From: Marinomonas sp.
Lineage (GTDB): Bacteria > Pseudomonadota > Alphaproteobacteria > Sphingomonadales > Sphingomonadaceae
Reading direction: 5' to 3'
Assembly: GCA_039967435.1 (NCBI GenBank)
Contig: JBDVRS010000006.1
Span: 507,882-571,881 of the forward strand
Length of the DNA stretch: 64,000 bases
Shown: positions 38,053-49,690 of the stretch, one piece after another
Layout: each line of letters starts with the position of its first letter
Position numbering within the stretch: the stretch's first letter is position 1
Position numbers and translations under genes: made by a program
The notes under the pieces: model-generated
What the model saw: the letters and a program-made list of their open reading frames with translations, nothing else
Database searches by the model: none
Told to the model about the DNA's origin: nothing

Positions 38053-39363
38053 TTGGACATGAATGAAGCAATGAGGAAACTGCCCAAGATGTTTGGCGCA
38101 AACACATCCACTAGCAATCAGCCGAGCGCTCCGCTCGCCTCTCATCCTGCGTTTGTCTGGATCATAATTGCTTGGACCACGATCCTATTCGGAGCCGCTG
38201 CATATGTGGTGGCCTCCGCCTGGTCGAGCTCCCCGAACCTCCCCTTCATTCTCGCATTCGTTGCCGCTGTTCTTGGCGCGATTGGCGGATTTATTCTGGC
38301 ACGCAGCGTTGGCGCAAAATTGCCCATGCGCACCAAATCCAAGCGCAGCCGCGAAGCAGAAGAGCCTGAAGTCGACGTTGTCACTGGCCGCCGCGCAGCA
38401 TCCATCATCTCCACACAGGATTTGGGCAGCGACAGCCTGGATGCACCGCTGGAATTGGCGGAAAGCGATATTGAAGTTGGCGATGAAGAATGGCCGACTG
38501 AGCCGCTGACGCAAGATGCCCGCGTTGCTGAAAAAGCAGCAGCATTCGAGCATTTCGAAGAAAGCCCTGCTGAATTCTCAGAGGAAGTTTCCGAGGAACC
38601 CTTGGAACTGACTGAGCCAGCGGTAGAAGAGCTGATTGAAAATACTGAAGAGCAGGCTGAAAAGCCCAGCACTTATTATGAAGACCCCTTCGCCGACGAT
38701 AGTTTTGACGAAGCGCCCTCGCCCAATGATCGTCATCGCCGCGCAGCCCTTGGCCGCCACAAATTCATGGCTGACGAACCGCTTCCTCTGGATGCTTTCG
38801 CCAATTTCGAAGAGGAGCCTGTGGCCGAGCCTGCAACTCCGATTGATTTGGACAGGCTGACCAACAAGGCCGCCGATACAGCGGGTGATTTGGACGGTGA
38901 TTTCCCATTGGAGCTCGACGGTTCTTACGCCGATATCGGCCCTAGCGGCGATGAAAGCGCTTCCTTGCTTTCTTGCGCGACGCCTGCAGCTGTGCCTGCC
39001 GGCAAAAAGGCTGTGGACCTTGATTCCACCGCCCCGCATGAAGCAGACGCCCCATTGCTGGAGCAGACCCGCGAAGCTGAAATTATTGAGCTGAAAGAGC
39101 GCGATTTGAAAGACCTAAGCCTTGTGCAAATGGTTGAACGATTCGCTGTTGGTCTCGATGATCACCGCGTTGCACGGGTCAATGATCCTGCATCACGCCG
39201 TGTCCGCCCCAGCGATCCTCGCATTGCCCAAGCGATCCGCGATTTGCCGATTGCCGAGCTGAAACCCAGCGGCGATCCAGAAACACGCGCCGAGGCAGAG
39301 CAGACAGAAGCGGCTTTGCGCGAAGCGTTGGAAAAGCTCCAACGGATGAGCGACCCCAGCTAA
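38053..39363 (+). CDS. Hypothetical membrane-anchored protein with a long acidic disordered region
   Basis: Two N-terminal TM segments, a D/E/P-rich middle, and C-terminal helices (LSLVQMVERF; EAALREALEKLQRM). Start is uncertain (38053-38071). Confidence 0.75.
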   Translation: MDMNEAMRKLPKMFGANTSTSNQPSAPLASHPAFVWIIIAWTTILFGAAAYVVASAWSSSPNLPFILAFVAAVLGAIGGFILARSVGAKLPMRTKSKRSREAEEPEVDVVTGRRAASIISTQDLGSDSLDAPLELAESDIEVGDEEWPTEPLTQDARVAEKAAAFEHFEESPAEFSEEVSEEPLELTEPAVEELIENTEEQAEKPSTYYEDPFADDSFDEAPSPNDRHRRAALGRHKFMADEPLPLDAFANFEEEPVAEPATPIDLDRLTNKAADTAGDLDGDFPLELDGSYADIGPSGDESASLLSCATPAAVPAGKKAVDLDSTAPHEADAPLLEQTREAEIIELKERDLKDLSLVQMVERFAVGLDDHRVARVNDPASRRVRPSDPRIAQAIRDLPIAELKPSGDPETRAEAEQTEAALREALEKLQRMSDPS

Positions 39364-39636
39364 TCCACTGAATTTTCTACAGCGTTCTACATAGAGGCGC
39401 CGCATTCTCGCGGCGTTTCTGCATATTTGCGACTAAAGTTTAGCCTTGCACGGCTGAAACAATGCTTCCGTATTCATTGTTGCAAAATTCCTATCCTGTC
39501 GGCAAAGAAGCCCTAAGCGATATGATTGCTGCGCGCGTGGCGGCGGCGAATCATCTGCGCAACACTGCCGGTTAGCTTTGGGAGACATCCCAATGGCGCC
39601 CGACAGACCGGCATCTGACAGGACAGGAATTTTCGA

Positions 39637-42600
39637 ATGGGACACCCAGGGCCCCAAGGCTTGTATGATCCGCGCAATGAACATGACGCCTGCGGCGTTG
39701 GCTTTGTTGCGCATATCAAAGGCGATGCGTCGCATGATATTGTTAGCCAAGCGCTTGAGATTCTGAAAAACATCGATCACCGCGGCGCTGTTGGCGCCGA
39801 CCCATTGCTGGGCGATGGTGCCGGTATCCTGCTGCAAATTCCCGACACTTTGCTGCGCAATTGGGCGAAGAGCGAAGGCTTAGAATTGCCTGCTAAAGGC
39901 GATTACGGCGTGGCCATGTGCTTTATGCCGCAAGATGATGCGGCGCGCGCTTTTGTAACCGAACAGTTTGAAAAATTTACCGCCAAAGAAGGCCAGACCT
40001 TAATTGGCTGGCGCAATGTGCCTGTCACTCTCGATGGTTTGGGCAAAGCGGTTGTCGATTCGATGCCGGTTATCCAACAAGCGATTGTGGCGCGCGGCGA
40101 CAATTGCACCGATCAAGATGCGTTTGAGCGCAAGCTGATGGTGATCCGCAAGCAGACGCTCAATCCTTTGCGCGCTCAAGCGGAAAAGCTGGACATGCCT
40201 GGGCTTACTGAAAGCTATATGCCGAGCCTGTCTTCGCGGACCATCGTCTACAAAGGCTTGCTGCTGGCGGACCAAGTTGGCTCATTTTACGATGATCTGC
40301 GCAATCCAGAGTGCAAATCGGCGCTGGGTCTGGTTCACCAACGCTTTTCCACCAACACATTCCCAAGCTGGCGTCTTGCCCACCCTTACCGTTTGATCGC
40401 GCATAATGGCGAAATCAACACGGTGCGCGGCAACGTCAATTGGATGAATGCGCGCCGCCGCACCATGGAAAGCGACCTTTTGGGCGTTGATCTTGATAAG
40501 ATGTGGCCGCTGATCCCGCATGGCCAATCCGACACGGCCTGCCTCGACAATGCATTGGAACTGCTTTTGGCAGGCGGATACAGCCTTGCCCATGCGATGA
40601 TGATGCTGATGCCAGAGGCTTGGTCCGGCAATGAAATGATGGATGCAGAGCGCCGGGCATTTTACGAATATCACGCTGCTCTCATGGAGCCATGGGATGG
40701 CCCCGCAGCCGTGGCCTTTACCGATGGCCGCCAAATTGGTGCGACGCTCGACCGCAATGGTCTGCGTCCTGCCCGTTTTTGTGTGACCAAAGACGATATC
40801 GTCTGCCTATCATCGGAAAGCGGCGTTCTGCCCTTTGCTGAGGAAGACATTACCCGCAAATGGCGTCTCCAGCCCGGCAAAATGCTGCTGATCGACCTGG
40901 AGCAAGGCCGGATCATCGAAGATGGCGAGCTGAAAGCCGATCTGGCGAGCACAGAACCTTATGCCGACTGGCTCAAACGCGCTCAGTATAAGCTGTCTGA
41001 CATTGCCGATATTGAGCCGGAATTGTCCGAAGTGGTTGAGCGCGATGAGGCCGATGGCAATTCGCTGCTGATGCGTCAGCAGGCTTTCGGCTATACTCAG
41101 GAAGACATTTCCAAATTCTTGGAGCCAATGGCGACCAAGGGCGAGGATCCATTGGGTTCGATGGGCACAGACACGCCGATTGCGGTGCTGTCGAACAAAT
41201 CGCGGCTGCTTTACGACTATTTCAAGCAGAACTTTGCGCAGGTAACCAATCCGCCGATTGATCCCATCCGCGAAGAATTGGTGATGAGCCTGATCTCTAT
41301 GATTGGCCCGCGTCCCAATCTGCTAGGCCATGATGGCGGCACGCATAAGCGGCTTGAGGTGAAGCAGCCGATCCTCACCAATGATGATTTGGCGAAAATC
41401 CGCACAGTGAAAACGGCGCTTGATGGCGCGTTCCGCTGCGAAACGGTTGATATGACTTGGGATGCCAGCACAGGCGCTGCCGGGCTTGAGATGGCTCTGA
41501 AGGAAATGTGCTGGGCCGCGACCGAAGCCGTTTTGCAAGATCAGAACATTCTGATCTTGTCTGATCGCGCGCAAAATGCTGACCGCATTCCTATGCCGGC
41601 TTTGCTCGCCACTGCGGCTGTGCATCATCACCTTGTTCGCCAAGGCTTGCGGATGCAAACCGGCCTTGTGGTGGAAACAGGTGAAGCGCGCGAAGTGCAT
41701 CATTTCTGCGCATTGGCAGGTTATGGTGCCGAGGCGATCAATCCCTACATGGCGTTTGAAACTCTGGAGCAATTGCGCTGCGACAAGCATGCCGATCTGA
41801 CCGCAGAAGAAGTGCAAACCAACTACATCAAAGCGGTTGGCAAAGGCATTCGCAAGGTCATGTCCAAAATGGGCATTTCGACCTATCAATCCTATTGCGG
41901 GGCGCAAATCTTTGACGCGGTTGGGCTTTCAACACCCTTCATCGACAAATATTTCACCGGCACGGCGACCACGATTGAAGGCATTGGCCTGTCTGAAGTG
42001 GCCGAGGAAACTGTGCGCCGCCACGCGCAGGCTTACGGCGACAATCCAATCTATAAAAGCATGCTCGATGTTGGCGGCATCTACCAATTCCGCCTGCGCG
42101 GCGAGGACCATGCATGGACACCGGAAAACGTGGCTGACCTCCAGCATGCTGTGCGCGGCAACAATGCCAGCAATTACGAGGAATTCGCCAAATCGGTGAA
42201 TGAGCAATCCGAACGCCTGCTGACCATTCGCGGTCTGCTGGAGTTTAAAAACGCTGACACGGCCATCGACATTGACGAGGTTGAGCCAGCAGTAGACATC
42301 GTCAAACGGTTCAGCACTGGCGCGATGAGCTTTGGCTCCATCAGCCATGAAGCGCATTCGACCCTTGCGATTGCGATGAACCGTATGGGCGGCCGCTCCA
42401 ACACGGGCGAAGGCGGCGAAGAACCAGCACGCTTTACCCCGATGGACAATGGCGATTCCATGCGCAGCCGCATCAAGCAGGTGGCATCGGGTCGCTTTGG
42501 CGTGACAACCGAATATCTCGCCAATTCTGATGATATTCAGATCAAAATGGCCCAAGGCGCAAAGCCTGGCGAAGGCGGGCAATTGCCTGGCCACAAGGTC

Positions 42601-44289
42601 GACAAACGCATCGGCGCAGTGCGTCACTCTACGCCAGGTGTAGGCCTTATCTCGCCGCCGCCGCACCATGACATTTACTCGATTGAGGATTTGGCGCAGC
42701 TGATCCACGATCTTAAAAACGTCCAACCAAAATCACGCATTTCGGTGAAGCTTGTCTCCGAAGTCGGCGTTGGCACGGTTGCTGCGGGTGTTTCCAAAGC
42801 ACGCGCGGATCACGTCACTATCTCTGGTTATGAAGGCGGCACGGGCGCATCACCGCTTACTTCACTGACCCATGCCGGTTCGCCGTGGGAAATCGGCCTT
42901 GCCGAAACACAGCAAACATTGCTGCTGAACGACTTGCGCAGCCGTATCGCCGTGCAGGTTGATGGCGGATTGCGGACGGGCCGCGATGTTGCGATTGGCG
43001 CACTGCTGGGCGCGGATGAGTTTGGTTTTGCCACGGCTCCGCTGATCGCGGCAGGCTGTATTATGATGCGCAAATGCCATCTCAACACATGCCCCGTTGG
43101 CGTCGCAACACAAGACCCCGAACTGCGCAAGCGCTTCACTGGACAGCCTGAGCATGTCATCAATTACTTCTTCTTCGTTGCTGAAGAGCTCCGCGCCATC
43201 ATGGCCGAAATGGGCTTCCGCACTTTGCAAGAAATGGTTGGCCGCGTGGACCGGCTCGACATGCGCCGCGTGCACCGCCATTGGAAAGCCGACGGCGTTG
43301 ATTTGAGCCGCCTGCTGCACGAAGTCGAGATTGATGAAGACGCGCAGCTGTTCCACACAGAAACGCAGGATCACGGTCTTGATGCAGCGCTTGATAATGA
43401 GCTGATTGCTGCCTGCGCACCTGCATTGGAAAAAGGCGAAGCGGTTCAGCTTGATCGCGAAATTCGCAATGTGAACCGCACCGCTGGCACCATGCTATCG
43501 GGACGCATCGCAGAGAAATATGGTCATGCAGGCCTTGCCCCTGACACCATTCGCATCAATTTGACCGGTGTTGCCGGACAGAGCTTTGGCGCATGGCTGG
43601 CTCACGGCGTCACTCTCGATCTGACAGGCGATGCCAATGACTATGTCGGCAAAGGCATGTCGGGCGGGCGGATCATCGTAAAACAGCCTGCGAACGTAGA
43701 CCGCGATCCATCCAATAACATCATCATCGGCAACACAGTGCTTTACGGCGCGATTGCTGGCGAGGCGTATTTTGGCGGTGTTGGCGGCGAGCGTTTCGCG
43801 GTTCGCAATTCCGGCGCGATTGCCGTTGTCGAGGGCACGGGCGACCACACCTGCGAATATATGACCGGCGGCGTTGTTGTTGTGCTTGGCAAAACAGGCC
43901 GCAATTTTGCAGCCGGGATGAGCGGCGGCATCGCCTATGTCTATGACGAGGACGGCGAGTTTGAAAAGCTGGTGAACCCTGCGCAGGTCGAATTGCGCAG
44001 CATCCCAGCTGGACCAGACGCCGATGAGGGCACAGGCCGTCCAAGCCAGCGCCCCAGCAATGTGAATGATTTCGGCATGGGCGACATGCTGCGTCATGAT
44101 GCAGAGCGCCTGAAAATTCTAATCGAGCGGCACCAGCTCCACACCGGCAGCGCCAAAGCAGGCGAATTGCTGGACAATTGGGACGCCGCTTTGGGTAAAT
44201 TCATCAAGATCATGCCGCGCGATTATGAGCGAGCGCTCAAGCAGCTGGAGGCCGAGCGCCTCGAAGCCGCCAGCGTGGCAGCGGAGTAA
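39637..44289 (+). CDS. gltB: Glutamate synthase large subunit
   Basis: ACGVG catalytic Cys, [29 protein letters not shown] and [13 protein letters not shown]. Confidence 0.98.
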   Translation: MGHPGPQGLYDPRNEHDACGVGFVAHIKGDASHDIVSQALEILKNIDHRGAVGADPLLGDGAGILLQIPDTLLRNWAKSEGLELPAKGDYGVAMCFMPQDDAARAFVTEQFEKFTAKEGQTLIGWRNVPVTLDGLGKAVVDSMPVIQQAIVARGDNCTDQDAFERKLMVIRKQTLNPLRAQAEKLDMPGLTESYMPSLSSRTIVYKGLLLADQVGSFYDDLRNPECKSALGLVHQRFSTNTFPSWRLAHPYRLIAHNGEINTVRGNVNWMNARRRTMESDLLGVDLDKMWPLIPHGQSDTACLDNALELLLAGGYSLAHAMMMLMPEAWSGNEMMDAERRAFYEYHAALMEPWDGPAAVAFTDGRQIGATLDRNGLRPARFCVTKDDIVCLSSESGVLPFAEEDITRKWRLQPGKMLLIDLEQGRIIEDGELKADLASTEPYADWLKRAQYKLSDIADIEPELSEVVERDEADGNSLLMRQQAFGYTQEDISKFLEPMATKGEDPLGSMGTDTPIAVLSNKSRLLYDYFKQNFAQVTNPPIDPIREELVMSLISMIGPRPNLLGHDGGTHKRLEVKQPILTNDDLAKIRTVKTALDGAFRCETVDMTWDASTGAAGLEMALKEMCWAATEAVLQDQNILILSDRAQNADRIPMPALLATAAVHHHLVRQGLRMQTGLVVETGEAREVHHFCALAGYGAEAINPYMAFETLEQLRCDKHADLTAEEVQTNYIKAVGKGIRKVMSKMGISTYQSYCGAQIFDAVGLSTPFIDKYFTGTATTIEGIGLSEVAEETVRRHAQAYGDNPIYKSMLDVGGIYQFRLRGEDHAWTPENVADLQHAVRGNNASNYEEFAKSVNEQSERLLTIRGLLEFKNADTAIDIDEVEPAVDIVKRFSTGAMSFGSISHEAHSTLAIAMNRMGGRSNTGEGGEEPARFTPMDNGDSMRSRIKQVASGRFGVTTEYLANSDDIQIKMAQGAKPGEGGQLPGHKVDKRIGAVRHSTPGVGLISPPPHHDIYSIEDLAQLIHDLKNVQPKSRISVKLVSEVGVGTVAAGVSKARADHVTISGYEGGTGASPLTSLTHAGSPWEIGLAETQQTLLLNDLRSRIAVQVDGGLRTGRDVAIGALLGADEFGFATAPLIAAGCIMMRKCHLNTCPVGVATQDPELRKRFTGQPEHVINYFFFVAEELRAIMAEMGFRTLQEMVGRVDRLDMRRVHRHWKADGVDLSRLLHEVEIDEDAQLFHTETQDHGLDAALDNELIAACAPALEKGEAVQLDREIRNVNRTAGTMLSGRIAEKYGHAGLAPDTIRINLTGVAGQSFGAWLAHGVTLDLTGDANDYVGKGMSGGRIIVKQPANVDRDPSNNIIIGNTVLYGAIAGEAYFGGVGGERFAVRNSGAIAVVEGTGDHTCEYMTGGVVVVLGKTGRNFAAGMSGGIAYVYDEDGEFEKLVNPAQVELRSIPAGPDADEGTGRPSQRPSNVNDFGMGDMLRHDAERLKILIERHQLHTGSAKAGELLDNWDAALGKFIKIMPRDYERALKQLEAERLEAASVAAE

Positions 44290-44294
44290 AAGAT

Positions 44295-45731
44295 ATGGGC
44301 AAGGACACAGGTTTTCTCGAACTGGACCGCCGCGAGCGCGATTATCTCGACCCGAAAGACCGGCTTGAGAATTACCGCGAATTTATCGTGCAGCCCGATG
44401 ATGCGACGCTGAAAGGCCAAGCCAGCCGCTGCATGGATTGCGGCATTCCCTATTGTCACAACGGCTGTCCGGTGAACAATATCATCCCCGATTGGAACCA
44501 TTTGGTTTATGAGGGTGATTGGAAAAATGCGCTGGATGTTCTGCACTCCACCAATAATTTTCCCGAATTCACTGGCCGCATTTGCCCCGCCCCATGCGAG
44601 GCAAGCTGCACGCTGAACATTGTCGACCAACCGGTTACGATCAAAAGCATTGAATGCGCGATTGTTGATCGCGGATGGGATGAAGGCTGGGTCACGCCGC
44701 AAGTGCCAGCCGTGAAAACCGGCAAATCCGTGGCCGTTGTCGGCTCCGGCCCTGCTGGCCTTGCTTGCGCACAGCAATTGGCGCGCGCTGGCCACACTGT
44801 TTCCGTGTTTGAAAAGAGCGACCGCATCGGCGGCTTGCTGCGCTACGGCATCCCTGATTTCAAAATGGAAAAGCAGCTGATCAACCGCCGCGCTGTCCAG
44901 ATGGAAGCCGAGGGCGTGACGTTCAAAACCAGCAAAGAAGTGGGCGTCGATGTCTCCTTCAAAAGCTTGGAAGAAAACTTTGATGCAGTGGTGCTTGCTG
45001 GCGGATCAGAAGATGCGCGCGGGCTTGCTATTCCTGGCGCGGAACTCAACGGTGTGCGCCTCGCGATGGAATTCCTGACCCAGCAAAACAAGCGCAATGC
45101 CGGCGATGATGAAGTGCGCGCGGCTCCGCGCGGATCGCTCACCGCAACCGGCAAGAATGTCGTTGTGATCGGCGGCGGCGATACTGGCAGCGACTGTGTT
45201 GGTACATCTAACCGTCAAGGCGCGAAAAGCGTTACGCAATTGGAAATCATGCCCAAGCCTCCTGAAAAGGAAGACAAAGCGATGACTTGGCCGAACTGGC
45301 CACTGAAATTGCGCACATCGTCTAGCCATGAAGAAGGTGCAGACCGCGATTGGGCTGTCCTGACCAAGCGTGTTGTGGGTGACGGTGAAAATGTGACCGG
45401 CCTTGAATGCGTACGGGTTGAATGGCGTGATGGCAGCATGCACGAGATCGAGGGCAGTGAGTTTACAATCGAAGCCGATTTGATCTTCCTTGCTATGGGT
45501 TTTGTCGGCCCGATTAAAGCAGGCATGATCGACCAATCCGGTGTTGAGCTAACCGGCCGCGGCAATGTCGCTGCCAATGAGCAAGATTACGCCACAACGG
45601 CTGACAATGTCTTTGCATGCGGCGATATGCGGCGCGGTCAGTCTCTGGTCGTTTGGGCTATCCGCGAGGGGCGCCAATGCGCACGTAGCGTGGATGAGGC
45701 TCTGATGGGCGTGTCGGAATTGCCGCGCTAA
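44295..45731 (+). CDS. gltD: Glutamate synthase small subunit
   Basis: [34 protein letters not shown] and [14 protein letters not shown]. Confidence 0.97.
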   Translation: MGKDTGFLELDRRERDYLDPKDRLENYREFIVQPDDATLKGQASRCMDCGIPYCHNGCPVNNIIPDWNHLVYEGDWKNALDVLHSTNNFPEFTGRICPAPCEASCTLNIVDQPVTIKSIECAIVDRGWDEGWVTPQVPAVKTGKSVAVVGSGPAGLACAQQLARAGHTVSVFEKSDRIGGLLRYGIPDFKMEKQLINRRAVQMEAEGVTFKTSKEVGVDVSFKSLEENFDAVVLAGGSEDARGLAIPGAELNGVRLAMEFLTQQNKRNAGDDEVRAAPRGSLTATGKNVVVIGGGDTGSDCVGTSNRQGAKSVTQLEIMPKPPEKEDKAMTWPNWPLKLRTSSSHEEGADRDWAVLTKRVVGDGENVTGLECVRVEWRDGSMHEIEGSEFTIEADLIFLAMGFVGPIKAGMIDQSGVELTGRGNVAANEQDYATTADNVFACGDMRRGQSLVVWAIREGRQCARSVDEALMGVSELPR

Positions 45732-45779
45732 TCTGGCTCTACCTTGGCAGAATTGTGCTCAGTCTCTAGGCTGCTCGGC

Positions 45780-46535
45780 ATGCATCATAAGCTAGAATTG
45801 TTCGCCTGTTTTGGCGCGCTGCTGCTAAGCGGCTGCGCGAATAGCTCTGCGCTTGCGCCAATCAAATCGGCTGCGGCCATGCCAGAGACCTCCACCGCGG
45901 CAGATCGATCCAATTTCATCGGCGATTACACCGGCAATTCATTTGAAACCGCCATGGGCATGCGTCTGGCTGAAGACGGTACATTCAACTGGCGTCTATC
46001 GGTTGGCGCGCTGGATATGCGGGCGAAAGGCAGCTGGCAGCAGCAGGGTGAGACAATCACTCTCACCTCAGACCCCAAGCCCCTGCCTGCGCGTTTCAAC
46101 TGGTCAGGCTTTGAAAAAGCAGAAGGCGGCAAGCTGGTTAAAGTGGTCTGGGCCGAGACTGGAAAGCCCTTTGCCTATGCCACCGCCGGTTTAATCTGCT
46201 CGGATGGGAGCCGGATCACCGCCCAGGTTCCAGCAGAAGGATGGTCGCCTGACCCCGCGAAATGCCCAAAGCCTGTCTCGCTCACTTTGCAAGAAGGCAT
46301 CTACAAGGTTCGCTCTGAACCATACGATCTGGCCGCCTTCGACATGCCCCAAGGCACCACTATTCGCTTTGCTTTTGAACGCAATGATCTGGGTGTGGCA
46401 GACTTCACCGGCATGACCGGGCGCTTGGAAGACAATATGCTGAAATTCACCGGTGGCAGCGGCTTGCTGGGCGATGAAACACGGCCAAGGCCTGGAGAAG
46501 ACGTTCTGGAATTGCGGAAATTACCGCCGCGCTAA
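45780..46535 (+). CDS. Hypothetical lipoprotein
   Basis: Lipobox LLSGC and a beta-rich body. Start moved to ATG 45780. Confidence 0.7.
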   Translation: MHHKLELFACFGALLLSGCANSSALAPIKSAAAMPETSTAADRSNFIGDYTGNSFETAMGMRLAEDGTFNWRLSVGALDMRAKGSWQQQGETITLTSDPKPLPARFNWSGFEKAEGGKLVKVVWAETGKPFAYATAGLICSDGSRITAQVPAEGWSPDPAKCPKPVSLTLQEGIYKVRSEPYDLAAFDMPQGTTIRFAFERNDLGVADFTGMTGRLEDNMLKFTGGSGLLGDETRPRPGEDVLELRKLPPR

Positions 46536-46548
46536 TGCGGCCTCAAAC

Positions 46549-46884
46549 TTAGCCGCGACTGCTTGCGCATGAAATGCAGGCGGGCACGCTGGGATCATTA
46601 ATCAGGCGCTTGCTAGCAATCGCTTCGCCGCATTGCATACAAAAGCCCCACTCGCCTTCGTCCAAGCGTTTGAGCGCTGCTGCGATGCGCGACTTATAGG
46701 CCTCGCGCCGCTCATCAGCGGCCATCGCCATGGCTTGTTGCTGCAAAGCGTCCATGCGCGACAGTCGCCCGACGCTATCCTGCTGCAACTCAACCACGGC
46801 GCGCGCGCTAATATTGGCGGCACCTTCTTGCTCCAGCTCTTTTTGCCGGTTGAGCAGCGCTGTTCGGGCTTCTTCCTGCGTCAT
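46549..46884 (-). CDS. TraR/DksA C4-type zinc-finger protein
   Basis: Coiled coil followed by GFCMQCGEAI..KRL...P....CISC. Confidence 0.88.
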   Translation of the reverse strand: MTQEEARTALLNRQKELEQEGAANISARAVVELQQDSVGRLSRMDALQQQAMAMAADERREAYKSRIAAALKRLDEGEWGFCMQCGEAIASKRLINDPSVPACISCASSRG

Positions 46885-46893
46885 AACAGTCTC

Positions 46894-47580
46894 TTACCAT
46901 TCTATTGGCGCAAGACCATGGCTTTCGAGAAAGGTGTTGGTTTGGCTAAACGGCTGTGACCCAAAAAACCCTCTATAGGATGACAGCGGAGAGGGATGCG
47001 GAGCGCTCAAAACCAAATGCTCACTGCTCTTACCAAGGCGCGGCACACGCCCAGCCTTCTTTTGCGCATGACTGCCCCATAGGATAAAAACGCAGGGGCC
47101 GCCGCGCGCAGCAACGGCTTCAACGCAGGCATCGGTAATCGCATCCCAGCCTCGCCCTGCATGACTGCCTGCTTTGCCGGCCTCAACCGTCAGCGTATTG
47201 TTGAGCAATAACACGCCCTGCTTCGCCCAATGCGTGAGATTGCCTTTCGCAACGTCAGGGCGAGCAATGCCCAGATCGCTCTCGCGTTCCTTGTAAATAT
47301 TGACCAGCGAGGGCGGCAATTTAACGCCGTCTGCGACTGAAAATGCCAACCCATGCGCTTGGCCGGGGCCGTGATAGGGGTCCTGCCCAAGGATCACGAC
47401 GCGCACATCCTCCAGCGCCGTCAAAGACAGCGCTGCCAGCCTTTGTCCGCGCGGAGGGTAAATCACCTTGCCTGCTGCCTCCTCATCGCGCAGCCAAGCG
47501 CCCAGCTTGCGTGCTTCATCCGTTTGCAAAGCCGGTTCCAGCGCCGCGCGCCAGCTTTCAGGAATGGCATCCTTGGTCAT
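46894..47580 (-). CDS. ung: Uracil-DNA glycosylase (family 1)
   Basis: GQDPYH, GLAFSV, PPSLVNI, GVLLLN and HPSPLS motifs. Confidence 0.96.
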   Translation of the reverse strand: MTKDAIPESWRAALEPALQTDEARKLGAWLRDEEAAGKVIYPPRGQRLAALSLTALEDVRVVILGQDPYHGPGQAHGLAFSVADGVKLPPSLVNIYKERESDLGIARPDVAKGNLTHWAKQGVLLLNNTLTVEAGKAGSHAGRGWDAITDACVEAVAARGGPCVFILWGSHAQKKAGRVPRLGKSSEHLVLSAPHPSPLSSYRGFFGSQPFSQTNTFLESHGLAPIEW

Positions 47581-47670
47581 GGGCGCAGCGGTAACGCGCA
47601 AGACCGGTTTGGGGCAAGCATTTACGCCCCCTTTCCCTCAACGCGCATCTGCCCTAAAGCCTGCGCCTAT

Positions 47671-48291
47671 ATGGCTGTACATTTTCATGAAGAAGACCTT
47701 CCCGAAGGCGTCTTAACCGGGACAAGCCCCTTGGCTGTCGATACTGAAACCATGGGTCTCATCACCCACCGCGACCGGCTGTGCCTTGTGCAAATCAGCG
47801 ACGGCAGCGGGGATGAGCATCTCGTCCGCTTTTCACCGGGCAGCGCTTATGACGCGCCCAATTTGAAGGCGATTTTGGCCGATCCAGCCCGCGTTAAACT
47901 CTATCATTATGCGCGCTTTGATTTGGCCGCGATCGAATATTACCTTGGCGTGATGGCAGCGCCGGTATTCTGCACGAAGATCGCCAGCAAGCTGACGCGC
48001 ACCTATACCGACCGGCACGGGCTGAAAAACCTCGTCAATGAATTGCTAGGCGCCGAAATTTCCAAGCAGCAGCAATCCAGCGATTGGGGCGGGCCAGAAC
48101 TCAGCCCAGCGCAGCGCGATTATGCCGCCAGCGATGTGCGGTTCCTGCATGCCATGCGCGACAAGCTGATCCCGCGTCTAGAACGCGAAGGGCGTCTGGA
48201 AATGGCGCAAGCTTGCTTTGATTTTCTACCGACACGCGCGCGGCTCGATATGGCAGGCTGGGCCGACCACGATATATTCAGCCACGCCTAA
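47671..48291 (+). CDS. rnd: Ribonuclease D-like DEDDy 3'-5' exonuclease
   Basis: AVDTETMGL, RLCLVQ, HYARFDL, CTKIASKL and YAASDV. Start at ATG 47671. Confidence 0.9.
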   Translation: MAVHFHEEDLPEGVLTGTSPLAVDTETMGLITHRDRLCLVQISDGSGDEHLVRFSPGSAYDAPNLKAILADPARVKLYHYARFDLAAIEYYLGVMAAPVFCTKIASKLTRTYTDRHGLKNLVNELLGAEISKQQQSSDWGGPELSPAQRDYAASDVRFLHAMRDKLIPRLEREGRLEMAQACFDFLPTRARLDMAGWADHDIFSHA

Positions 48292-48317
48292 GAACGCGGC
48301 TGCTAGAGTGCGACAGG

Positions 48318-49076
48318 ATGACTGAAAAGCGGATCGAAACCATTAAAGCCAAGGCGCTGCGCGGAAAGCGGCAGAACGCTGCTGCGCCGGGCGGGTTTCA
48401 TGACGGCCTTGTTCGCTTCCTCGCCCATGCTCTGCCAATTGGCGTCGGCATTATGGCCGCGATTATGATCATCACTCCTTTGTCACCGCGCGGCGAGATC
48501 AGCTTCCTTCTCGACCGCAATAAAGTCGCGATGATTGATGAGCGGCTGCGAGTGGAAAATGCGATGTACCGCGGCAAGGATAACAAGGGCCAGCCTTTCT
48601 CCTTAACCGCTGGCGAGGCCGTGCAGCAATCCAGCGCAGAAGGCGTCGTACGGATGAGCGATCTGACCGCGCGCATCGCTTTGCCAGAGGGGCCTGCAAT
48701 CGTGAATGCGGGCGCAGGCGCCTATACAATCGAAGATGAGACGGTCGCAGTTATCGGCCCGCTCAAAATGACGGCCGCCGATGGTTATTCCATCACCGCA
48801 AGCGGCGTGACGCTGGATTTGGACGAACGTAGCATGACCGCCACTGGCACGGCAGCGGGTGAAGCGCCCGAAGGAACGGTCGCAACCAACGGGCTCAGCG
48901 TGGATTTGCGCGGGCAGCGCGTGAAGGGATCAGGCGGCATTTCTGGCACTGTGCCTTCAGGCACTTTTTCTGCCAATTCAATTGATGTAGACATGGAAGC
49001 ACGCACCATCATTTTGGACGGCAATGCCCGCCTGAGAATGGTACCGGGCAAATTGAGGATACCGCAAAAGCCATGA
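48318..49076 (+). CDS. lptC: LPS export periplasmic protein LptC
   Basis: Single N-terminal TM, Y.G.D.KGQPFSLTA, a beta-jellyroll region, and position between rnd and lptA. Confidence 0.8.
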   Translation: MTEKRIETIKAKALRGKRQNAAAPGGFHDGLVRFLAHALPIGVGIMAAIMIITPLSPRGEISFLLDRNKVAMIDERLRVENAMYRGKDNKGQPFSLTAGEAVQQSSAEGVVRMSDLTARIALPEGPAIVNAGAGAYTIEDETVAVIGPLKMTAADGYSITASGVTLDLDERSMTATGTAAGEAPEGTVATNGLSVDLRGQRVKGSGGISGTVPSGTFSANSIDVDMEARTIILDGNARLRMVPGKLRIPQKP

Positions 49077-49669
49077 CAATATTCAACCGCTCTTTGATTG
49101 GCTCAGGTCTTCGCTCTGGCGCCGCTGCCTTTGCGCTAAGCGCGCTCGCTCTGGGCGGATTGCAATGGCATATGCAAGCAAACGCTCAGGCAATTGCGGG
49201 TCACAATTCGCGCGCGCCTGTGGCGTTTGATGCGGGCCGGATTGAGATGCAGGACAAGCAGAACCGCGTTGTTTTGTCGGGCAATGTGATCGTCACACAG
49301 GCTGGTCTGCGCGTGAATTCGCAGCGCATGCTGGTCAATTACACCAATGCCGGATCACTCAGCATTCAACGCATCACTGCCACTGGCGGCGTGACAGTAT
49401 CGCGCGGCGGTGAAAGCGCATTGGGCGATGTTGCCATTTACGATTTCAACCGGCGGATCATTACGCTGGCGGGCAATGTTCGCCTGAAACGCGGCGGCGA
49501 TACTTTGTCGGGCGGACGATTGGTGATTGATTTGGCGAGCGGCGTATCGAGCATTGATGGGCGCTCATCAGGCGGCTCTGCACCATCCGAGGCGCAAAAC
49601 CCAGACGGTGTACCGGTTACTCCAAGCAATGGACGCGTGCGCGGCACATTCTCCGTTCCGCAAGGCTAA
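49073..49669 (+). CDS. lptA: LptA/OstA family LPS transport protein
   Basis: Signal peptide, VLSGNVIVTQ, ATGGV and ITLAGNVRL..G...SGGRLVIDL. Confidence 0.85.
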   Translation: MTIFNRSLIGSGLRSGAAAFALSALALGGLQWHMQANAQAIAGHNSRAPVAFDAGRIEMQDKQNRVVLSGNVIVTQAGLRVNSQRMLVNYTNAGSLSIQRITATGGVTVSRGGESALGDVAIYDFNRRIITLAGNVRLKRGGDTLSGGRLVIDLASGVSSIDGRSSGGSAPSEAQNPDGVPVTPSNGRVRGTFSVPQG

Positions 49670-49690
49670 TCACTACTGGGATAGCGGTCA

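Noticed and set aside
39637-45731. Functional link between gltBD and the putative D-Glu cluster
   Set aside because: They are separated by about 9 kb of unrelated genes; proximity alone is not evidence.
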